Shown: one piece after another, positions 37,507 through 49,974 of the stretch
Position numbering within the stretch: position 1 is the stretch's first letter
How the letters are laid out: each line of letters opens with the position of its first letter
From: Octopus sinensis
Taxonomy: Eukaryota
Direction of reading: 5' to 3'
NCBI RefSeq assembly: GCF_006345805.1
Contig: NC_042997.1
Location: 201,252,001 to 201,316,000 of the forward strand
DNA length: 64,000 bases
The notes under the pieces: generated by a model
The model's database searches: none
Told to the model about the DNA's origin: nothing
The model's input: the letters and a program-made list of their open reading frames with translations, nothing else
Position numbers and translations under genes: made by a program

Positions 37507-38090
37507 GACGGTGGAGAGCTGGCAGACTCGTTAGCACGCCAGGCGAAATGCGTAGCCGTATTTCGTCTGCCGTTACATTCTGAGTTCAAATTCCGCCGAG
37601 GTCGACTTTGCCTTCCATCCTTTCGGGGTCGATAAATTAAGTACCATTTGCGCACTAGGGTCGATGTAATCGATTTAATCCGTTTGTCTGTCCTTGTTTG
37701 TCTCCTCTGTGTTTAGCCCCTTGTGGGCAGTAAAGAAATAAGTATTTCGTCTACTGCTACGTTCTGAGTTCAAATTCCGCCGAGGTCGACTTTGCCTTTC
37801 ATCCTTTCGGCGTCGATAAATTAAGTACCAGTTACGCACTGGGGTCGATATAATCGACTTAATCCGTTTATCTGTCCTTGTTTGTCCTCTCTGTGTTTAG
37901 CCCTTTGTGGGTAGTAAAGAAATAAGTATTTCGTCTACCGTTACGTTCTGAGTTCAAATTCCGCCGAGGTCGACCTTGCCTTTCATCCTTTCGGGGTCGA
38001 TAAAAAATAAGTACCAGTTATGTGCTTGTGTCGATTTGATTGACTGGTCTCTTCCCCTTAAATTTCAGGCTGTGGGCCTATAATAGAAAG
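37507..38090 (+). mobile_element. SINE family C with a 184-bp unit in 3 tandem copies
   Basis: gtatttcgtct at 37558, 37742 and 37926. Confidence 0.9.
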
Positions 38091-38514
38091 GTAGAGGTCT
38101 GTGGTGATAACTGGTTGAGTCGATGAATGAAAATGTGTTGCTTGGGCTGCGTAAAGAATTAACTAACATCCGCGAATATTTAACAAAATATTTTTGTTAC
38201 AACACAGAGTTTAATTTACAAATAACAACAGCAATAATTACATACGTGCTGGGAGAGACATACTACTTCGCGTTTACTGATACAGCAACATATGGCTGGT
38301 CCAACATACTTGGAAATGATTGTGCTACATTCCTGGTGACGGAGATTCCTGTGTCTATCTGCCATTTGTTTTAACCGTCTTCCTGGGTTGTCAGGCTACG
38401 GAAAGAATGGAGAAAACGTGCAGCTGCCCCAATATTCTGCACAGCAAGAGGTGAGACGTGTAAATGAGTCGGCCTCGCTCAACGCTCTGCAAAGAGTGTA
38501 AGCGCCAAATGCAG

Positions 38515-38580
38515 TTTTTATAGGGTACAAAAAGAAAATTCTAGAAGATTGAATTACGCAAATGGTTTGACGTCGATTGG
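38515..38580 (-). promoter_or_regulatory. Candidate Pol II core promoter (TATA plus CCAAT plus CRE-like)
   Basis: TATAAAAA at 38522-38515, CCAAT at 38580-38576 and TGACGTC at 38568-38574, in non-repeat, relatively CpG-rich sequence. Confidence 0.35.
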
Positions 38581-39079
38581 TTGCTTAACAGACCGATCAC
38601 ATGAAACAACTGTATTTCGGTCGTGATGCATGATCGGTTGTGTCGCGGTCCGGTTTCGAATCACTGCTACAAGATTATAACCTGAATGTTTAAATTTTAA
38701 AACTCAAATAGCTGACGTATAACATTAATATATTTGCTAATATCGATCGAAGGTGGTTGCTGTTAGTGAACATCAATACTAAATATGGTAATATTTAATC
38801 AAGCATCTCTGACAACAACTTGTGCTGAGTGTACTTTTTTCTAAAGAAAGGGTTAACTCTTCTGGCCTCAAAATTATCACCAGAACACTCGAGAAGTTTC
38901 TGGAGAAAGCTTATAAAAAGTACCTGTAACTGAGATTCAAATCTTTGAGTGGCAACATTTGGATTCTTGATAAGACAAGTTTCATCCTTCAGCTTCTTAG
39001 ATAAAAACTATTCACGCTAACACTAACAGGCATGTTCCCCATTTTGCCTGAGGTTTACAATTTATCAATTATGTTATAG

Positions 39080-39082
<3 letters not shown>

Positions 39083-39161
<79 letters not shown>

Positions 39162-39203
39162 AAACAACAACAACAACAATAATAATAATAATAATAATAA
39201 TAA
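39083..39203. repeat. (TAA)n(CAA)n microsatellite
   Basis: Seen directly. Confidence 0.95.
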
Positions 39204-39892
39204 TGCAAGTATTGTATACACATTGTATATAAACATAGTATATAAACAAAATTATTGTATACACATATAAACATAATAAAATGAAATATAAAGTGTTATC
39301 AATAAAACATGATTAAAAATAATTTTCTTTTTTTTCCCCTTTATTCGTAATTCAACACTATTATCATACGCACTTCAACAATTTGAAAAACGACAGTGAG
39401 AGTTTTTACATGCGAGTAGTACACGTGATTGCTTCTCTGAGTTGTTTCGCGAAAAATAGATTTTATCAGATAAATTTAATGCATGAACAGAGAGATACTT
39501 TGTCATCATGTAAGGCTAATAGCTGCCTAATTCCTGCTATAATCTGCGTAGTTGAATTCGTTCCGTTTCCAAGCAGAAGCAAAAGATTTGCCAAGTTCTT
39601 TCAATCGTTTTTGTGGTTTCATATTTTGAGTTTAGCGATAATGCTTGAAATGCTGCCAGAAATGAGATCGTTCTAGGTACCTATCGATAACAGTAATATC
39701 GATACCAGTGATGCCTTGAAGACAGTTACTGATAGCTTGGATAGCAGAAGAAGATATTATGAATTTTTCATCTCAGAAACGTTACGTCTTGATCTTTCAA
39801 GAAACGGGATCGCCAAGAGGTAGGCAATATATTACAAGAGCTTATATCGATTAACGTTATAAGTTCCGTATCTTCCCTACACTTTAACCACT

Positions 39893-40233
39893 GGTGTTCC
39901 GTCGGTTACGACGACGAAGGTTCCAGTTCAACCGAAAAACGGTCACAGCTTGCTCGTGAAATTAATGTCCAAGTGGCTGAGCACTCCACAGACACATGTG
40001 CCCTTAACTTATTTCTCAGGGAGATTCAGCGTGACACAGAGAGTGACAAGGCCGGCCCTTTGAAATACAGGTTCTACTCATTTTTGCCAGCTGAGTGGAC
40101 AGGAGCAAGGTGAAATAAAGTGTCTTGCTCAAGGACACAACGCGTTGCCAGGAATCGAACTCACGAATTCGATTCCCAGCGGCGCGTTTCTTAACAGATC
40201 AAAATATAAAAATTTCTTACTAACCACAAAACC
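39893..40233 (-). mobile_element. SINE family B'
   Basis: tRNA-like head, ccttgagcaagacactt segment and a 3' module shared with family B. Confidence 0.8.
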
Positions 40234-40257
40234 ACGCGCCTTCTGTAGCTTAAACAA

Positions 40258-40694
40258 GTTCTTTTACTCTTTTATTGGTTTCTGTCATTTTGACTGCGGC
40301 CATGCTGTAGCATCGCCTTTAATCGAACAAATCGACCCTCAGGACTTATTTTTTGTAAATCCTAGTATCTATTCTATCGCTATCTTTTTCCGAACCACTA
40401 AGTTACGGGGACGTAAACACACCAACATTGGTTGTCAAGCGATGTTGAGGGGACAAACACAGGTACACAAATACAAGCACACAGACATACAAATGCGCAC
40501 ATACACATACACAAATACATATATATATATACGATGGGCCTCTTTCAGTTTCCATCTACGAAATCCACTCACAAGCTTTGGTCGGCCCGAGGGCATAGTA
40601 GAAGACACTTGCCCAAGGTATCACGTAGTGGGACTGAACCTGGAACCATGTGGATGGGAAGCAAGCCTCGTACCACACAGCCACTCCTGCGCCT
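40258..40694 (-). mobile_element. SINE family A
   Basis: Aligns with 2695-3091. Confidence 0.85.
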
Positions 40695-40731
40695 ATGTAC
40701 TTACCATCTGCAGTGGTTTAAATAAATTCTA

Positions 40732-41167
40732 TTGGGTTGGCAACTAAGTTCCCGCTGTTTTTTTAAATTTAAATTTTTTAAATGTTTAATAAAAAATAAC
40801 AACTAATTAATCAATAATGTATTCATGCTTGTTGTTTACAAGATTTTCAATACCTCGTTGGTAGAAATCATCCGATTTCGACTCGAAAAATAGATCCAAC
40901 TAAGCTCTCAATTCTGCATCAGTATTGAACGAACCTCCGCGAATAGCATTTGAAAGATATCGAAAGAGGTGGAAATCCGTTGGTGCCAAATCAGGAGAGT
41001 ATGGCAGGTGTGGCAGCACTTCCCAGCCATGCATTTGAATGGCTTTCTTGGTCATATTGGCGATATGAGGGTGGGCGTTGGTATGCAGCAGAAGAACTCC
41101 ATGCTGACGACTACAAAAATAGATTCCAAAATTTGAAAAAACGGTGGGAACTTAGTTGCCAACCCAA
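40732..41167 (-). mobile_element. Internally deleted mariner transposon
   Basis: 32-bp TIRs ttgggttggcaactaagttccc..tttttt (2 mismatches), TA at the left end; minus strand encodes HTNAHPH...WEVLPHLPYSPDLAPTDFHLF. Confidence 0.92.
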
Positions 41168-41394
41168 TGTATATAACGTTTGTAGAAAGCATAAATCCAA
41201 AGAAGAAGCACACTCTAAGATGTAGAGCAGTATATATTAAAAATGGGGAAGAGTGGTTTATGGGATGACCTTAGGTTTTCCACCCAACCCAATATATCTG
41301 ACCACCCATCAGTAATTTATCAGAATATATTTCAATACATCACTTCGAGCTGAGATGAGAAATGGTAATATCTATTATCTCATTAATCATCTTT

Positions 41395-41690
41395 TATCTT
41401 TTAATTCTTTCTGTCTTTGGATTGAAGCCATTTGGTGGGGCGCGCCACCTTGGAGGGTTTAGTCAAACAAAACGAACCCTGGTGTTTATTTCTTTTAAAA
41501 TATGGAACTTATTTTATCAGTTGTTTTGCCGAACCGCTCAATTTCCGGGTAATAAAACAAACGAACAGCGGTTTTCAAATGGTAGAGGTAAGAAACAAAC
41601 ACAAACACGCACACACATATGCATATGTATAGATATATAAACAACGGGTTTCCATACAGTTTCCAATGCAAACGTCCTAACCACACAACT
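41395..41690 (-). mobile_element. SINE family A-related, old
   Basis: Diverged alignment to the family A body. Confidence 0.55.
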
Positions 41691-41849
41691 ACATTGTCCT
41701 GGAGCGTCGATATAAAGCAACTACATTCCAGAAGTTCTTTTTCTCTTCTTCTCAACTGTATCTATCACCATAGCGATTATCATTCATTCTTCTTTATTCA
41801 GATTAATAGAATTTTAACTGAACATGGAAATTTTTGTCCGTTAATGCCT

Positions 41850-43570
41850 CAAAATTCTTCTAGGTTCTGTTAATATTATTCTTTGACAATTTGTTCTATT
41901 TTCGATTAGATCTTGATTTATTGAATGAAGTGTGAAGGGAAATTTTTTCTTCTTCTCTGTCCTGTTCTCTATAAAAAAAATATCTTCAATCGTTTGTTCT
42001 GTAAAAGAATTCCATATTTGAATTGCATTTTGAGGATTACAAAAGCATTAAAAAAAACTTAAATATTTCTCAAAGGTGTGATGACATTCTTAATGTTGAA
42101 GCCTGCTTTAAAATGTTTTCAAACTCATTGTGGTTTTGCAATAATCTTAGCCGTAAGCAAGCATAAAGATGCATCTTTAAAAATTGGCATAATTTCTCAA
42201 TTATTCATATTTTCTTGATCCTGGAACATGAAGCAAAAATAGACGGAAATGAAATTTTTTAGCATCTTTCAAACTCATCGGATTTTTTTAGATAATAACA
42301 ACAACAACAACAACAATAATACTAATATGATTTCTTTATCCGACAGTCCATTTCTTTTGTCACATTCACTGAACATCTCACATAAAAGAATTTTAATTTT
42401 CGTGAGCGTGAACCAAACGTCTTTTGTATTTCTCCGAAGATATTTGGAAATCTTTCCATGCATGTTCCAATTTCCCAAAGAGAAGCAAAATTATTAATAC
42501 CACATGACGACTCATGCATCATGGATTTTTTCACAAGACCCTGCAATGGAATGTCTTTATTGGGAATTTCTGCAGATATTAATATGTCGATGTTCTCTAC
42601 ATTTAAAATTTTATTTCTTCCAGAACACTAATCAACAACAGAAGTTTCTGTCATGCCAATTATATGTTTCTCCTTGATATCTTTTAAGGCAAATATTATA
42701 AACCCTTGAAATTATATTCTAGTGATTTTCTATTATCTCATTCTGCCACAAGTCATTGATGTGTCTTGGACATCCCATATTTTGCTGCCATTTACGTAGA
42801 ATCTTAGAAAGCATTGGTGAACGCTCTATAACCTTTCTTGAAACGAGAAAAAAGTAATATAATTGAAATTGTTGATTATAAATCATTTTCTTTTCTTGCA
42901 TCGAAGTGGTCTATTAACTCACTATACTCTTTCTTACGAATCTGGGATTAATTATTCCTAATTAACTACAAATGGCATTTTTCAACTCGGTGCATTCTGT
43001 CAGTCTCATTTTCTCTGCTTCTTTCTTGTGATTATTCCCTCTGATTTTGTCGTACCAATTGCTCTACTTTCCTGTACTTCCTCTCTTATTAACTCAGGCC
43101 ATGTATCACTATCTATACATTAACATCCACTAAATACGACTGCAAAAAGATTTCCTCCCGTATGGATAATACTGAGTCGTTATCTAAATGTCAGCCCTGA
43201 ATTAGAAATTATTGCATATTCATCCGAGTATGAATATGTGTTCTGTGAGATGCATGTTGCTGGATTTCATTGTGTCATCCAAATTCACCACAAGAAGATA
43301 GAAGTAGATGACACATTAGACTCAGATGGAAGGAAAAACAGGAATTCGTTTTAGAAGCACATAATTGCAATCTCTTGCATAAATTCCAATATCCCTATTT
43401 TCAAGAGGCGTTCTGTTTTTACCAATAAATATAGCAGCTCTTTCACTATTAGTTTTACTATGAGTTGTTAGAAAATTGGACCACCTTATTTCCGCATCTT
43501 GTCTAAAATAAAGTTCCTCTTTAAGAAGTGGAACATTGTCTCAAATTGTACTCAGATGCTTTTTATTCCA
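41850..43570 (-). pseudogene. Degenerate Helitron RepHel remnant
   Basis: In Helitron order on the minus strand: AAIFIG..P.E.RDI, LLLSSCGEFG*H (cf. YPLLF..GE.GW), TWPEL, IDILISAEIP...LVKK.M.H..CG...C...FP, and EFENILKQA...HL*EIF. Confidence 0.7.
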
Positions 43571-43765
43571 TCTAAATACTTTTGAATGAAACTGAACATA
43601 TAAATTATAGGTTATAATTATACCCACTTAAACTTGGATGTTCTGTTAAAACACACACATACAATCACGAGTAAGTGAATAAAGGCAAAACAAGGTGGAA
43701 AAAATAGTACTCGAATGCGAAAGATAGAGTAAAATGCTTTTATTAAAGCTACAAAAACCATCACA

Positions 43766-43803
43766 AACTGTTACTCAGAGCTTCAACTGTTTGTCGGACA
43801 GTT
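43766..43803 (-). ncRNA. Degenerate hammerhead-like fold with core substitutions
   Basis: AACUGU-CCGACAA-ACAGUU-GAA-GCUCUGAGU-A-ACAGUU; 6-bp stem I but U4C, G8A and A15.1G changes. Confidence 0.35.
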
Positions 43804-44081
43804 CGTGGTAAGGTGATTTGACGTCTATCTTTCGCATATTAGGAATCAACTTTGGTGGTCATTCCTCTTAATTTATATATATATAATTTTTATAATTATG
43901 AGTATAATTATAATTAGGGTTCAGCAAAACAATTTGCTTCGCCACATACCGAAAATTTAGAAATACCAGCCAAAAAACTAGCTATTTCTCTACCATAAGA
44001 AAATCTCCTAGACAACATATACTCAAAAACAATCCACGTAGGCAAAGAGAAAAAACAACGAATTCACCCGGCATTTGATTA

Positions 44082-44166
44082 ACTGTGGACGCGTTTCGGA
44101 GTTAGATAGATATGAAAAATGCAAAAACCACATTTCCATTCTATCACTCTCGCTCTTCAGCACAGT
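44082..44166 (-). ncRNA. Complete minimal type I hammerhead ribozyme (GUC cleavage)
   Basis: ACUGUG-CUGAAGA-G(long stem II)C-GAA-ACGCGU-C-CACAGU; all conserved core nucleotides present, perfect 6-bp stem I, palindromic stem III. Confidence 0.85.
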
Positions 44167-45069
44167 ATTTCAAGATTTTAAATTTGAGAGCACTGAAAAA
44201 AATTGGACATACCTTATACAAATTATATACAAATTATATATAACAACGAAAAAGGCACAATTGTGGATGCAAATATTTTTACAAGAAAATGTTGATTTTT
44301 ATTATTTTCGTAAAAAAAAAAGGCTCAGTTCTTCACGATATGGCTATACTTAAAGGAGCATAACAACAAAACATTTCCATTCCGGCAGTAATTCAGGGGT
44401 TAAGCTATAAATCTAAAGACCTTTTCAATGATTCCTAATGTTATATGGTTCCTCAATCATGGGATTCCAGTTTCCTTATTGTTTTCTTTCTTCTCTCTTG
44501 AAGTCTTTTTCTAATCTGTAATAAATATTCAAGACATTTTCTCATTCATATTTTCTCTGCTTCTCTCGTGCTCTTTCAGGCAACCTTGCTCTACCATTTG
44601 TTCGCCCTTCTTATTCTGTCTCTTGTTAACTCAGGTCATGTATCTATATTATATGAGATTGCATCGTATAAGAGGCTTAATCTTCGTTATTTAGCAGGCG
44701 ATAGTTATTTGTATGACATCCCATAAGTTAAAATGATAGAGGATTAGAAAGATAAATTTTGTTTCAATTGAATAACTATATTCTTCGTCATCTTTTTCTT
44801 AGCACTACCACAACCATTACCACCTCTATTAACCACCACCTCTAACAACAAACTACGACAAATTTCAGTAATTCACATATGTGAGTGATAACATATCCGT
44901 ACATTGTTCCTTATTCCTTCGGCTGGCATCGCCTCCATCCACTAAACACTCCTCTCTCTCTGCCACTTCCCTCAGCATATCTCTTTTTCCTTCGACTGAA
45001 TGGGTTTCTATGGACACCACAGATATACGTTAGTGCCAACATATCAATATTATGGATATGTCCAAGACA

Positions 45070-45285
45070 GCGAGATAGCAGAATCGTTAGCACACCAGGC
45101 AAAAATGCTTAGCAGCTTTTCGACAGTCTTTTCATTCTGAGTTCAAGTTCCGCCAAGGTTGACTTTGTGTGTCATCCTTTCAGGGTTGATAAAACAAGTA
45201 CCAATTAATCACTGGGGTCGATGTAATTGACTGACCTGCTCTCCCGAAATTGCTGGCCTTGTGCCAAAATCTGAAGCGGCTATTA
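45070..45285 (+). mobile_element. SINE family C variant
   Basis: Head gcgagatagcagaatcgttagc and B box ttctgagttcaagttcc. Confidence 0.7.
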
Positions 45286-45440
45286 CGAATATGCCAACAA
45301 ATTTATCATTCGAGTTTATTTGTTCTCCAAAGAGTCAATATCGGGACGTCTGTTATCAGCTGTAATTGGTAACTAAATTCCTCACCAGCCACTGTCTTGG
45401 AAAAGGAATACTGATGCACGAAGAAAAACGTGATGCTTAT

Positions 45441-48400
45441 TGTTATATAATCATCACAACAAACATGAACAATCAACGTCGCCCATTGTCTCCCTTGATA
45501 AAAGGACTTTCACTTTGTTTCCCGCCAAAACAATTAACTTGTACAACAACGGCAGTCGAATAAAGTATCTTGTATCGTTAACACGTTGTTTCAGTCTCTC
45601 TCATTTTCTTAATCTTTCATACTAAGTACTCACTACTTCCTTTAATACTCAATACATTATATATATATAACAACAACATGGTGTCAGAATACTAAAAGAA
45701 CCCAAAATACAGAAACCAAAGGAAAAAAGAAGTTGAAATCATACTTCAAAGACGAAATGGAAAATTTACCGCATCCAAAAGACCTAGACTTTAATCAGGA
45801 AAATCTAGCCGCAGCATGGAAAAAGTGGAAAAAAGAATTCAATCTCTTTTTGATAGCAACAGAAAGTGACATGAAGCCAGACAAAGTAAAAACTTCAATG
45901 TTTTTAACTTGCATCGGTTCTAAAGGCCGAGATATCCATTCCACACTGGATTTCGATTCACCCGACGAAGAAATGAATCTTCAGACAGTAATCGAAAAAT
46001 TCGATGCATATTGTGAACCCAGGAAAAACAACTTCCTAAGACACAAATTCTTCACATGTGGACAAGCGGAACATCAAAAATTCGATGAGTACGTAGTAGA
46101 GTTGCGCCAAAAGGCACAACAGTGCGAATTCGGCAACCTCACAGACAGTCTCACCAAAGATATTCTGATATGTGGAATCAGAGACATGAGATTAAGAGAA
46201 AGATTATTGAGAGAACCAAATTTAGACCTACAAAAAACAATTCAAGCAGGTCAGAGTGCAGAGCAAACACGACTCCAATCAAGGATGCTAAATGCCACAT
46301 CCGAAACAAGAGATAACGAAATCTCGAGGGTATATAGTCAACACGACAGAAAAGGCGCCAAAACTCAAATAACCCGCCATAAGCAATACAGACATCAAAA
46401 CGAACAAGGCGGAAGTGACAGAAAGCCCGCGAAGTTTCAAGCGCCAAGTCAACACTACGTCACTAACTGTCACTATTGTGGTTATAATCACAAAAGAAAT
46501 AAATGCCCAGCATTTCACAAGACATGTGAAAAATGCAAGAAACAAGGACACTATGCAAAAATGTGCAAATCAAGAAAATTTGTACATAAAGTAGAGATAC
46601 ATACCGACGATGAATCAGATGACGATACACATGCACTCGAAATGATCACTACAAATAATTCCCGCGTGCACAAAATCGAAAAGTTCAAGACTCCAAAAGA
46701 CATTTGGACGGTCGAACTAAAAGTGAACAACTCGAATGTAACATTAAAAATAGATACAGGAGCAGACGTAACCGTACTGCCATTCAGAGAATATAGAAAT
46801 ATAATTCCAAAACCACAACTGCAAAAAACTTCAACTCGATTATCAGCTTATAATAACACAGCTATAAAAGTGCTAGGAAAATGCACAGCAGTCATTAATA
46901 CACAAATAATTATCAAAGCAAATAAAATTCATTGTTGCAAAAACAAACTCGCACGCAGTTATAGATGCAAAGACAGCTAAAGATCTGAACCTGATTCAGA
47001 GAATTTCAAAAATAAATTCGTCGAACACAAACGACATATTAGAAAATATGAAGACTGTTTCGGAGAAATCGGCACTTTGTCAATAACACATCATATCACA
47101 GTGGATCCACAAATAACTCCTGTAATTCATCCACCAAGATCGGTTCCTTTTTCTATAAAAGAAAAACTCAACAAAGAATTAAAAAGAATGACAGAATTAG
47201 ATATCATAAAACCTGTTAGTGAACCTACAGACTGGGTAAATTCCCTAGTCATCGTTGAAAAAGCCAACGGAAAACTCCGACTCTGTTTAGACCCCAAGAA
47301 TCTAAACAAAGCCATAAAAAGGCAACATTTCAAACTCCCTACAGCGGAGGACATTTTTGCACAAATGCATAACCCTAAATATTTTTCAAAACTCGATGCA
47401 TCTAATGGATACTGGCAAATTCCAGTTGACGAAGAAAGCTCCCATCTTTTAACGTTCAACACACTTTTGGAAGGTATCGCTTCACACGACTACCCTTTGG
47501 AATTCACAGCGCCAGTGAAGTTTTCCAAAAAGAAATTTCAAAAATAATAGAGGGCATAGAAGGAGCAAGAAATTCACAGGATGACATCATAATCTGGTCC
47601 AACACTTTAGAAGAACACACAAATAGACTACAACAAGTTTTCGATCGAATCCGAAAGCACGGATTAAAGTTAAATAAATCAAAGTGTATCTTCTATGAAT
47701 CACAAATCAAGTACCTTGGGCATATATTAACCAGCGAAGGGATAAAACAAGATCCAACCAAGGTACAAGCAATCATTCACATGCCACTGCCAACAAGTAA
47801 AAAATAATTACAAAGATTCCTAGGTATGACAAATTACCTATGTAAATTTTTATCTAATTACTCCGAAGTCACAGCACCATTGCGCCAGCTTCTACAGAGT
47901 GACACGTTATGGTCATTCGACAAACCACAAATCGAAGCAATAAAAAAGCTAAAAGAAATGATTACCAGAAAACCAGTGCTACAATTTTATGATCCAGATC
48001 TACCAATAAAAATAACTACAGATGCTAGTAAGCATGGGCTCGGAGCGATACTTGAGCAGAAACACAACGAAAGATGGCTACCTGTTTCGTTTGCATCTCG
48101 TGCAACAACTCAAGCGGAACAAAACTACTGTCCGATAGAGAGCGAAGCTCTCAGTATAGTTTTCGCATGCAAGAAATTTCATCAGTTTATATACGGAACT
48201 CATTTCAGAATCGAAAATGACCATAAACCGTTGAAGCAAATATTCAAAAAATCGATCACTAAATGCCCCCCCAGAATCCAAAGATTTCTACTAACATTAC
48301 AAAGATATGATTTTGACCTAAACCACATACCTGGTAAAGAATCAATTGTTGCAGATACCCTATCACGTGCATACCTTGAGCAAAATACTCCAGAAGTACC

Positions 48401-49974
48401 AGACGAAGATATGAAATCGCACATTTATGCAGTAATAAAAAATTACCCCATAACCGACACTAAATTAAAAGAGTATAAAGAAGCCACTGCAGACGACCCG
48501 TCTCTACAGACACTCGTCACATATACAAGAACAGAATGGCCCCCAAAAGACAAAATGCCAATAAACATCAAACCATTCGTATCTGTTCGTGATGAAATAT
48601 CAATCGTCAATGGTCTCGTTCTAAAAGGTTCAAGAATAATTGTACCTAAGTCATTACGTAGAGAAGCTCTACAGGAAATACATACCGGACACATGGGTAT
48701 CGAAAAATGCATAGAGAGAGCGAAGGAATGTATATACTGGCCCGGCATTAACGCTCAAATCAAAGACATGATTAACACATGCTCATACTGCATTGACTAC
48801 AAAAATCAACAAGCAGCCGAACCACTAATAAATCATGAAATACCTACTACACCATGGACCAAAGTGGGTACAGACGTATTTCACCTGTCTGGAAATTCGT
48901 ATGTCACAATTATTGACTATACAACAAGATTTTTTGATCTACACGAAATAAATGATTGCCAGTCAAAAACCGTAATCAAAAAATTAAAAGAAACTTTTGC
49001 TAAATTCGGAATTCCGCAAACAGTTGTAAGTGACAACGGTCCAGAATTCAATTCGGCTGAATTCAAACAATTTGCAAAAAATTGGCATTTTCATCACACG
49101 AAGACAAGCCCGCATTATCATCAAGCGAATGGCATGGTTGAGAGAAATATACAGACAATAAAAAAGACGATAAAAAAGGCATTCAAAAGTGACGAAGAAC
49201 CTCAGTTAGCGCTCTTAGCATTACGCACGACTAAATTACACAAATGGTGCACCATCCCCTGAAAATCAAATAATGAATAGAACATTGCGAACAAATCTCC
49301 CAAACATACTACACGACAAAATTGGTATCAGGCCTCACGAAAAGAAGAAAAAAACATTACAACAGAACTCCCAGAGTTAAAACCACACGACACGGTTAGA
49401 ATTAAGTTTAACAACAATTGGTTTAGAAGGGGCAAAATAATTAAAAAACTAGAGCAACCTCGTTCATACTTAGTAATAACAGAGGAAGGAATACAGTCAA
49501 ACGAAATAGACAACATATTCTTAAAACAAACGAACACGTTCGCATAACAGAAGAATTAGATTATGAAAATATATTTCCAAAGTCAACAAACACGCATGAA
49601 AAAACAAAAACAGCACAACTACAGAATCAACACTACAAAATAATAAAACCAAAAAAGTGGACGACGAATAATTATTCCCTGTAGATACAGATGATATAAA
49701 AAAAAATTTAAAAAAAAAAAAAAAAAAAAAGGAAGATGTTATATAATCATCACAACAAACATGAACAATCAACGTCGCCCATTGTCTCCCTTGATAAAAG
49801 GACTTTCACTTTGTTTCCCGCCAAAACAATTAACTTGTACAACAACGGCAGTCGAATAAAGTATCTTGTATCGTTAACACGTTGTTTCAGTCTCTCTCAT
49901 TTTCTTAATCTTTCATACTAAGTACTCACTACTTCCTTTAATACTCAATACATTATATATATATAACAACAACA
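45441..49974 (+). mobile_element. Full-length Ty3/gypsy LTR retrotransposon (Mag-like)
   Basis: 238-bp TG...CA LTRs at 45441-45678 and 49737-49974 that read identical; 5-bp TSD CTTAT; PBS TGGTGTCAGAA (tRNA-Leu-like); purine tract before the 3' LTR. Confidence 0.97.
45757..49700 (+). CDS. gag-pol: Gag-Pol polyprotein (gag, protease, RT, RNase H, integrase) broken by single-base indels
   Basis: Twin Cys-His knuckles CHYCGYNHKRNKC...CEKCKKQGHYAKMC, protease IDTGAD, RT DASNGYWQ and SQDD, RNase H DASKHGLGA, integrase H..H...C..C and SDNGPEF. 3' end approximate. Confidence 0.9.

Noticed and set aside
39740-39795. CAGAAGA...GAAACGTTACGTC hammerhead-like string
   Set aside because: U4 substitution, extra bases before GAAA and a weak stem I.
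45440-45625. 61-aa ORF repeated at 49736 and 55622
   Set aside because: It is simply the LTR sequence read from a TTG/ATG/GTG; no coding evidence.
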